This document shows positions 57,432 through 64,000 of a DNA stretch of 64,000 nt, one piece after another. Made by a program: the position numbers and the translations under genes. Numbering within the stretch: position 1 is the stretch's first letter; every line of letters begins with the position of its first letter. The notes beneath the pieces are model-generated. The model had not been told where the DNA came from. It saw nothing but the letters and a program-made list of their open reading frames with translations, and did no database searches. The stretch comes from Candidatus Fermentithermobacillaceae bacterium (lineage in GTDB: Bacteria > Bacillota > Sulfobacillia > Fermentithermobacillales > Fermentithermobacillaceae): contig JAAZEL010000038.1 in assembly GCA_012512325.1 (NCBI GenBank), positions 10,518-74,517 of the forward strand. Reading direction: 5' to 3'.

Positions 57432-57950
57432 CAATTCCAGACCAGATCGGGGACCGGATCCGAGCACTCTGGCCAATCTCTGACCAGTCCGACTCCCGAA
57501 GTGGTCAGAATGGAACCAGATGTCGCCGTGATCTGGTCAATTCGAGACCAGACCATTGACCGGATCCGAGCACTCTGGCCAATTTCTGACCAGTCCGACT
57601 TCCGAAGTGGTCAGAATGAAGCCAGATGTCGCGGTGATCTGGTCAATTCGAGACCAGACCATCGACCGGATCCGAGCACTCCGGCCAATTTCTGACCAGT
57701 CCGACTTCCGAAGTGGTCAGAACGGAACCAAAAGGCGGGGCAACCTGGTCAATTCCTGGCCGGTCCCCGGTCAAACCGGAGAACTCTGGTCAATCTGAGA
57801 CCAGGCTCATCAGTTGAAGTGGTCAGATACAGACCAGGTTTCGCGCAAAGCCGGTCAATTCATAGCCAGACCCAAGACCGAAACCCAAGATCCTGGCCAA
57901 TTCCTAACCGGTTCCGATGCAGAAGTGGTCAAATCGAAGCCAGGCGAGGT
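57432..57950. repeat. about 96-106-nt tandem repeat, 3 near-identical copies (57432..57725), then degenerate copies to about 57950. Recurring words: ctggtcaattc, ggccaattt, gaagtggtcagaa
   Basis: The anchor ggatccgagcactc recurs at about 57466, 57562 and 57668. ccagatgtcgcSgtgatctggtcaattcgagaccagacc recurs at about 57516 and 57622. No ORF longer than 80 codons on either strand. Confidence 0.7.
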
Positions 57951-58982
57951 CTAACCGGTGAGACTTTCGATGTGCTCCCTGTAGAGGTTAAAGTTCTCCA
58001 AGGCCGCGATGGTACCTCTTGCCACACACGAAATGGGGTCTTCAGCCACATGGACCGGCAAGCCGGTTGCATCCCTTATAAGCTGGGTTATGCCTTTCAG
58101 AAGGGCTCCGCCTCCTGTAAGCACGATGCCTTTATCGATGATGTCGCCCAACAGCTCAGGTGGGGTGCGGTCCAATACCTGCCTTATGGCGTGACAGATC
58201 AAATCGAGGGGTTCCCTCAGGGCGACCCTTATGTCTGCGGAACTCACTGACACGCTCCTGGGAAGTCCTGTAATGGCGTCCCTGCCCCTGACCTCATACC
58301 TGGTTTCTTCGTTTGCTTCAGGGTGGGCCGACCCTACTGCTATCTTTACTTCCTCCGCAGTGGATTCGCCAATGAAAAGGGTGTATTCCCTGCGCATATG
58401 TCTTATGATGGCCTCGTCGAACGCATTGCCGCCCACGCGGGTGGAGGCGCCTGTGACTATCCCGTTGAGGGAAAGCACGGCGATGTCAGTGGTTCCTCCT
58501 CCGATGTCCACAACCATATGGCCTTTAGGAGCAGTGATGTCTATACCCGCCCCCAGAGCAGCGGCGAGAGGTTCTTCAATGAGGTATACCTTCTTACCTC
58601 CTGCTGCCAGCCCTGCTTGGAGCACCGCCCTCCGTTCCACTGAAGTAACCGCAGCAGGTACACATAAGAGGAGTGTGGGCTTAAACACCAAGGTTGAACC
58701 GAGGCTCTTGCGCAAGAAGTACCTGAGCATTATCTCAGTGACCTCGAAATCATTGATCACGCCCTCCACCAGAGGGCTTACGGTCACAATGCTTCCAGGC
58801 GTCCTGCCGACCATTCTCCTGGCCTCTGTGCCTACCGCCAAAACCTCTTTGGTTTCGACATGCCTGGCTATCACTGAAGGCTCTCTTAGGACGATGCCTT
58901 TGCCTGATACGAACACCAAGACGGAGGAAGTTCCGAGGTCAATTCCTACATTCCGGCCACCTATCACGCTAAGCCACCCCAC
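57951..58982 (-). CDS. mbl: rod shape-determining actin homologue, MreB/Mbl family
   Basis: 343 aa. ...NVGIDLGTSSVLVF..., DIGGGTTD and other actin-fold motifs. Adjacent to spoIIID as mbl is in B. subtilis. Confidence 0.9.
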   Translation of the reverse strand: MGWLSVIGGRNVGIDLGTSSVLVFVSGKGIVLREPSVIARHVETKEVLAVGTEARRMVGRTPGSIVTVSPLVEGVINDFEVTEIMLRYFLRKSLGSTLVFKPTLLLCVPAAVTSVERRAVLQAGLAAGGKKVYLIEEPLAAALGAGIDITAPKGHMVVDIGGGTTDIAVLSLNGIVTGASTRVGGNAFDEAIIRHMRREYTLFIGESTAEEVKIAVGSAHPEANEETRYEVRGRDAITGLPRSVSVSSADIRVALREPLDLICHAIRQVLDRTPPELLGDIIDKGIVLTGGGALLKGITQLIRDATGLPVHVAEDPISCVARGTIAALENFNLYREHIESLTG

Positions 58983-59069
58983 TGGATTACTTAGCAGTTA
59001 GTTCTACAGATGGTGCCAGGATCCTTCAAAGAGTGGCAATTCTGTCCAGGAAACGGGGTTCACGTTGGA

Positions 59070-59321
59070 TCAGGTGGCTTTTTGGTACTTCCTTCTGGTA
59101 GCTTCTCCCCCTCTGATGTGCCTCTCGGCCTTATTCACATCTAATATTTCACGCACAAGTTTTGCCAGCTGCGGGCGGATTTTGGGCAACCGTTCTGTAA
59201 CATCCTTGTGCACAGTACTCTTGGAAACCCCGAAGATGCGGGCGGCTTCACGGACCGTCGAGTGTGTATCCCTGATGTATTCGCCAATCTCGATGGCGCG
59301 CTTCCATATCACTTCATTCAT
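59070..59321 (-). CDS. spoIIID: sporulation transcriptional regulator SpoIIID
   Basis: 83 aa. ...IGEYIRDTHSTVREAARIFGVSKSTVHKDVTERLPKI...RGGEATRRKY, near-identical in pattern to B. subtilis SpoIIID. Confidence 0.9.
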   Translation of the reverse strand: MNEVIWKRAIEIGEYIRDTHSTVREAARIFGVSKSTVHKDVTERLPKIRPQLAKLVREILDVNKAERHIRGGEATRRKYQKAT

Positions 59322-59402
59322 ACAAGCGTCCCCCTTAGTGGGATGTTACGGTAATATATATGCACGTGCGGGGAATTCATGAACCAAGAGCCCGCTCACC
59401 GG

Positions 59403-60302
59403 CTAACTGCCGTCGCTTGTGAATGCCGCAGGGTCCACTGCTTCGCCGTCCTCGAACAGTTCAAAACGGAGGATGTCCCCTTCGGTCCTTCCGATGGTTT
59501 CTCCCCTGGACACCTGTTGCCCGGGGACCGGGCCCGGAGCGGACACTCCCGCATAACGAGTCTCATACCTGTCTCCGTGGTCGATTACGATCACCAGGCC
59601 GACACCCTCGTCCCGGTAAACCCGCTTGATCACCCCTGACCCGGCAGCCTTCACCTCTGCCCCGGGTTCGGCTGAGATGGCCACTCCCGGGTAGTAACGC
59701 CAGTCGCCCAGTTCTTCTGAGTAGCCCCAGCCGGGCCGTTTTATAATCTGCCCTGAAACCGGCATTATGATTCCGTACGGATCGAAAGCTGGGACGGCCT
59801 GGTTGTCCTCACCCTGGCTGTCCCGTGAATCCTGGTCGGGGGCCCTCGCGCTGCCGTGGGTCACCTGGTCCGCATGCCGGTCTGTAAGTTCCTGCCTGCT
59901 CTCAGTGGTACCGGTTGCAGTACCCACGGATTCCGTTCCGAACCCGTCCGTTCCCGATCCGTCTTTCATGTCTTCGTTGCCGGGCAGCTGGATTCGACCG
60001 TCGAGCACCTCACCTGGGTGGGGGTCATAGTCCTGTGAACTCCCTGTGTCGTGCGCGTTCCACCCGGAAGCCGGCGCCTCGAGGAAACTTGCCCGCAGCC
60101 CGAGGAAAATTCCTAAACTGAACAGGGCGATGCAACCCGCGACGATCAAAAGCCCTTTGAAGGCGCTCCTGAAGCGCTTTGACCTCTTAAGTCGCCTGAG
60201 GGTGTTATAGTCACTTCCCAGTGTGAAGTACTTGAGTCTTGATTTTCCCCTCAACCCCTCGGAAGTCCGGTTGTCCTGACCCCTGATGTCATCCGCCTGC
60301 AT
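59403..60302 (-). CDS. membrane-anchored M23/LytM-domain protein (SpoIIQ-like by position)
   Basis: Start at the ATG at 60302 (MQADDIR) with RBS GGAGGTG. TM helix GLLIVAGCIALFSLGIFLGL, a low-complexity linker, and a C-terminal LytM domain (...VIDHGDRYETRYAG...). Confidence 0.65.
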   Translation of the reverse strand: MQADDIRGQDNRTSEGLRGKSRLKYFTLGSDYNTLRRLKRSKRFRSAFKGLLIVAGCIALFSLGIFLGLRASFLEAPASGWNAHDTGSSQDYDPHPGEVLDGRIQLPGNEDMKDGSGTDGFGTESVGTATGTTESRQELTDRHADQVTHGSARAPDQDSRDSQGEDNQAVPAFDPYGIIMPVSGQIIKRPGWGYSEELGDWRYYPGVAISAEPGAEVKAAGSGVIKRVYRDEGVGLVIVIDHGDRYETRYAGVSAPGPVPGQQVSRGETIGRTEGDILRFELFEDGEAVDPAAFTSDGS

Positions 60303-60541
60303 AACAACACCTCCGGCGGATAGTATTGACATAATTTGGAGGAAACATGCAAACACGCGTCGGGCGTCGGGATGACCGGAAGGACGCGATTCGCCCGCAG
60401 GTGGCGGCCGCCCCTAGACAAAAGGCATGCTGCAATGGTTTCATTTATTCTCTGAAGAGCAGGTTCTATGGCAACCAGAGCAATTACTGGATAGGACCGC
60501 ATAGAGATAGGTCATTCCACGACTATGACTCTGGATAACAG

Positions 60542-61528
60542 TTATTCTTCGAAGATATGCGACACCTGAGTACCGGGGTAGTAGTTGGCAAGAATCTCGA
60601 GGAAGTCCATGCCTGCCCTGGCTGCGCCGTCAGCCCCGTACTGGCACAGGCCTACTCCGTGGCCGTAGCCAGAAACCTGGAACACGATGTTCTCACCCTG
60701 TACTGACCAGGTGAACTTGGTGGACTTGAGGCCCAAGGCTGACCTAAATTCCAGCCCCCTTACGGTCTTGCCGTCTACTGAAATTTGCTTCACCCTGCCT
60801 GTGGGAGACAAGGAGGTGACGGCAATGACCCCTTTCTGCGACACCTTTGAGGCTGGGACGGCGATTCCAAGGCTCCCCATGGAACTGGATATCTGAGTCG
60901 CGGACAACACGACTTTGGAGATCTTGTAGTGAGGTGACGAAGCGCAGTAATTGCAGGTCACGCTTTGTAGATAATCCACATCCTTACCCCAAACATCCTT
61001 TGCGGCTTCGGTGGCTCCGCCGCAGGTAGAATGGTACACCGACTCGGCAGGCAGCCCCTTGTAAGTGAGAATCAGCCCCTGGGTTTCTCTCACCGCCTTT
61101 TCTATCTTGGGCCAGTTCAGCCACCATCCGATAGTCCCCCAGCGTTCTTTGAGCACATGTTCGGGATTCCACGCCTGGTCCTTGGCAGGGTTCGATGTAA
61201 CATCGGCTTTTCCGGGCATAGACGGTGTGCCGCCAAAGATTTGCATCTTGCGTAAGGCATAGGTCCTGGCAATCACGGCCTGGGCCTTGAGAGCCTCTGG
61301 GTGGAAAGATGCGGGCATTTCAGAAGCTACCACATGCTTCACGTACTCTTCCAAGTCCATGCTTATCACTTTGTCTTCAGGTTCGTAGTATACGTCTATC
61401 CTGAGGAACGGATAACCGGCGGCCGGCGTTTGAGGCATCTTGGGCTGTTCGACGGGGCCAGGTGCACCGCTTGACAGCCCTGCCAGCAAGCCAAAAAGGA
61501 ATAACAAGAAAAAGAAGGCCTTTTTCAT
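60542..61528 (-). CDS. spoIID: stage II sporulation protein D (SpoIID/LytB domain)
   Basis: 328 aa. Signal peptide, then SpoIID-domain sequence ...YHSTCGGATEAAKDVWG... Confidence 0.85.
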   Translation of the reverse strand: MKKAFFFLLFLFGLLAGLSSGAPGPVEQPKMPQTPAAGYPFLRIDVYYEPEDKVISMDLEEYVKHVVASEMPASFHPEALKAQAVIARTYALRKMQIFGGTPSMPGKADVTSNPAKDQAWNPEHVLKERWGTIGWWLNWPKIEKAVRETQGLILTYKGLPAESVYHSTCGGATEAAKDVWGKDVDYLQSVTCNYCASSPHYKISKVVLSATQISSSMGSLGIAVPASKVSQKGVIAVTSLSPTGRVKQISVDGKTVRGLEFRSALGLKSTKFTWSVQGENIVFQVSGYGHGVGLCQYGADGAARAGMDFLEILANYYPGTQVSHIFEE

Positions 61529-61756
61529 GGTGACTGCCTCCGAAGACCCTTTGTTGATTAATATTGGGAAGCGGAGGCATTTATTCTTGTCGAAGGGGCA
61601 TGATATCGAGATGTGTCTGGACGACTGTCAATATCGGGCTGGCTACACTGGCTACACATAGCCGGCTGCACATGGCCAGAGCACATGGCTGGCTACACTT
61701 GGGTAACGGAGCACCTACATGTGAACACATCAGGTGACGGTAAAGCGTCGCGAAAC

Positions 61757-61835
61757 ACCACATCTTCACTGACGCGACAGGCCGACGGTCACTATCTTCA
61801 TTGACACGCAACACCACATCCTCATTGACGCAGGC
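61757..61835. repeat. about 29-nt direct repeat, 3 copies (CACCACATCYTCAYTGACGCR), in the spoIID-murA intergenic region
   Basis: caccacatcttcactgacgcgacagg / cactatcttcattgacacgcaacac / caccacatcctcattgacgcagg. ggctggctacac also occurs twice, at about 61638 and 61688. Confidence 0.55.
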
Positions 61836-61875
61836 TTGGCAGTCGGGTTGGCCGTGGGGCACCGGAGCATTAGCA

Positions 61876-63162
61876 TCACGGGATGAACCCTGAGGCTTGT
61901 TCCATGGCTTCATCGAAAACAGCAATCCGGGCGCCCAAGGAGCGTAGCTTCGAGGCGAAGCCGGCGTAACCCCTTTCCAGGTGCTCAAGCCCGGTAATGT
62001 AACTCACGCCCTGGGCGGCAAGGGCTGCCAGGCACAGGGCAGCGCCTGCCCTCAAGTCCGTGGCTTGTAGAGTAGCCCCGGTAAGCTGGGGTACCCCTTC
62101 GATCACCGCATTGGAACCTTCAATGCGGATCTTGGCCCCCATACGCCTGAGCTCTTCAGCATGGGCAAACCTGTTTTCAAACACGGTTTCAGATATGAGG
62201 CTGGTACCTTGGCCTAAACTCAACAGGCTCATGAACGGGGCTTGGACATCAGTTGGAAACCCCGGATACGGCAGGGTCTTTATGTTCACAGGGTGGGCCC
62301 TTGACGATGAGCTTATCTCTATGCTCTTGTTCCATTCGGCCACGTCAAACCCGCACTCCTGGAGCTTGGCCAGAACGGATTTCAGATGCAGGGGAATCAC
62401 ATTGCCCACAGTTACGCTCCCCTGGGTAATCGCCCCGGCGATAAGATACGTGGCCGCTTCGATCCTGTCGGGGATGATGCTGTACGTCGTGCCCCTGAGC
62501 TCTCTTACTCCATGGATCCGTATCCTCGGCGTGCCGGCTCCTTTTATGCTTGCACCTGCGGAATTCAGAAAATTCGCTAAATCTACAACCTCAGGCTCCT
62601 GGGCTGCATTGTCTATCACAGTCTCCCCGTGGGCAAGACACGCTGCCATCATGATGTTTTCAGTGGCTCCCACGGAAGGCACATCCAGGTAGACTTGGGC
62701 CCCATGGAGCCTGGGCGCACCGGCGTGGACATAGCCTTTTTCTATGGATATCTCGGCGCCCATCGCTTGGAACCCTTTGAGGTGGAGATCCACGGGCCTT
62801 TGGCCGATGGCGCACCCTCCCGGAAGAGGTATCACGGCTTTGCCGCACCGCACCAGAAGCGGGCCCATGACGAGGAAAGACGCCCGCATCTTGCGGACAA
62901 GGTCGTACGGAGCTTCGTGGACCAGAGGCCCTGGGGCACTCACGGAGATCCTGTCCCGGTCTTGGGTCACATGGGCGCCCACCGCACCCAAGAGCTCAAC
63001 CATGGTCCTTACGTCGGCCAAATCAGGCACGTCAAAAATGGCAGCACTATCCATAAGAAGTGCGCCCGCCAGTACCGGCAGGGCGGCATTCTTGGCGCCG
63101 TCACAACGTACTTCACCTCGGAGCGGCTGTCCACCCCAAATTACAAGATTTTTCATATCCAC
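61876..63162 (-). CDS. murA: UDP-N-acetylglucosamine 1-carboxyvinyltransferase
   Basis: 428 aa. ...LVIWGGQPLRGEVRCDGAKNAALPVLAGALL... and the active-site Cys region. Confidence 0.95.
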   Translation of the reverse strand: MDMKNLVIWGGQPLRGEVRCDGAKNAALPVLAGALLMDSAAIFDVPDLADVRTMVELLGAVGAHVTQDRDRISVSAPGPLVHEAPYDLVRKMRASFLVMGPLLVRCGKAVIPLPGGCAIGQRPVDLHLKGFQAMGAEISIEKGYVHAGAPRLHGAQVYLDVPSVGATENIMMAACLAHGETVIDNAAQEPEVVDLANFLNSAGASIKGAGTPRIRIHGVRELRGTTYSIIPDRIEAATYLIAGAITQGSVTVGNVIPLHLKSVLAKLQECGFDVAEWNKSIEISSSSRAHPVNIKTLPYPGFPTDVQAPFMSLLSLGQGTSLISETVFENRFAHAEELRRMGAKIRIEGSNAVIEGVPQLTGATLQATDLRAGAALCLAALAAQGVSYITGLEHLERGYAGFASKLRSLGARIAVFDEAMEQASGFIP

Positions 63163-63259
63163 GCCCCTATATCTGTGTTGCTCAATGGTTTCTGCATTTA
63201 GTGTCCGTCCTCAGAGAGTCGATATCCCCGGTAATGGTGGTATCCCGAGAAAATTTCTG

Positions 63260-63922
63260 CTAATGAGCCCTGACTATTTCTTTGATCTTCATGAGCCTGG
63301 ATATGTTTGCCCTTTCAATTTCCTCGAGCCGCATCTCGACGTCCTTGACGGCTTGCTCCAGTTCAGGAATCAACACATGTTCCAGGGCGTTTACCCTTCT
63401 CCTGGTCTTTTCTATTTCATCTGCCAATAAATGTATCGTACGTTCAATATGGGACAGCCGCACCAGCAAGGGCAGTATCCCTTGAAACTTGGCGATGGCT
63501 TCGTCCAGGTCGGACGAAGTGCTGGCCAGGCCGTAGCTTGGGAGCATCCCCTTGTCCTCGTCCCCGTCTCTGTCCTGTAGCTCCCCGTCGTCCCGGCGTT
63601 GGATTTCCATTTCAGGTACTACCACGTTCATTATGTGCCGGTACGACACGGATATCTCTCCGGCACCGCCCGGCACCATTAGGGCTTCTTCAAGCACGGA
63701 AGGGGACAACACCGCCCGAGCCAGGGAAAAGCTCCTATAGGCCGCGGTCAGGCGCTCTTCGATTTCCTGCCTCAACTTCCGGCTTTCATGGACGATGGAC
63801 AGGAATTCCCTCATAAGCTGGTCCCGCTTATCCTTAAGCAGCCTGTGCCCACGTTGGGCCATGCGAATCCTGGCCTTCAGCCGGGTGAGTTCCTGACGCG
63901 TGGCATTGGCCCTGATTTTCAC
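63260..63922 (-). CDS. V/A-type ATP synthase subunit D
   Basis: 220 aa. GTG start. ...TRQELTRLKARIRMAQRGHRLLKDKRDQLMREF... matches the subunit D family pattern. G-rich SD GGGGGTGG upstream. Confidence 0.75.
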   Translation of the reverse strand: MKIRANATRQELTRLKARIRMAQRGHRLLKDKRDQLMREFLSIVHESRKLRQEIEERLTAAYRSFSLARAVLSPSVLEEALMVPGGAGEISVSYRHIMNVVVPEMEIQRRDDGELQDRDGDEDKGMLPSYGLASTSSDLDEAIAKFQGILPLLVRLSHIERTIHLLADEIEKTRRRVNALEHVLIPELEQAVKDVEMRLEEIERANISRLMKIKEIVRAH

Positions 63923-63936
63923 TTTCTGCCACCCCC

Positions 63937-64000
63937 CTAGCCGGTCTGCTCAAGCTTAGGCATGTACTTGTCCATGTTCCGCTGGGACAGACGCTTAAGC
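63937..64000 (-). CDS. 3' end of the upstream gene, presumed V-type ATP synthase subunit B; 5' part outside the window
   Basis: The minus-strand open frame ends ...LKRLSQRNMDKYMPKLEQTG-stop at 63939..63937. Identity is inferred from position only. Confidence 0.3.
   Translation of the reverse strand, partial: LKRLSQRNMDKYMPKLEQTG

Noticed and set aside
57256-58250. Short + and - strand ORFs (60-143 aa) inside the 1-kb repeat region. Also the possibility of a CRISPR array there.
   Set aside because: The ORFs are translations of tandem repeats with no RBS support. The array has near-identical adjacent units with no unique spacers. No cas genes are present.
61581-61988. 135-aa minus-strand ORF between spoIID and murA
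   Set aside because: It overlaps the 3' end of murA by about 110 nt. It spans the intergenic repeats and has no RBS or recognisable domain.

Overview
This 64-kb window looks like a GC-rich, spore-forming Firmicutes chromosome segment. Gene order tracks the Bacillus subtilis yvcJ/whiA, uvrBA, ftsEX, secA-prfB, flagellar late-gene and mbl/spoIIID regions, with local insertions. About 65 protein-coding genes are called, mostly on the minus strand. Recognisable loci include: acpS, nnr and a MazEF-type toxin-antitoxin pair; cdaA, cdaR and glmM (c-di-AMP synthesis); rapZ, yvcK and whiA; uvrC, uvrA and uvrB; a minJ-like gene and ctpA; ftsE, ftsX and an M23 activator; a split transketolase; a tagA-like gene and csaB; prfB, with the canonical programmed +1 frameshift visible in the sequence, and secA; hpf; a cold-shock gene with a near-consensus sigma-A promoter and a terminator; a flagellar late-gene cluster (flgM, flgN, flgK, flgL, fliW, csrA, fliD, fliS, fliT-like) plus yvyF and comFC; metK; fabZ; flgG and flgF-like rod genes; mbl, spoIIID, a spoIIQ-like gene and spoIID; murA; and the start of a V-type ATPase operon. 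No rRNA, tRNA, CRISPR array or recognisable mobile element was seen. The least expected content is (i) a four-gene insertion between hpf and secA carrying a 7TM HD-GYP phosphodiesterase (GFP variant of GYP), a DUF5317-like partner and two unassigned proteins; (ii) a roughly 1-kb ORF-free region between mbl and the flagellar rod genes built from two families of long tandem repeats; (iii) at least eight further short tandem-repeat arrays with unit lengths of about 13, 18, 24, 30 or 36 nt in 5' regions or gene termini, one of which gives fabZ a Cys/His/Asp-rich octapeptide-repeat N-terminus. Coordinates for non-ORF features were counted by hand from the sequence lines and may be off by 1-2 nt.
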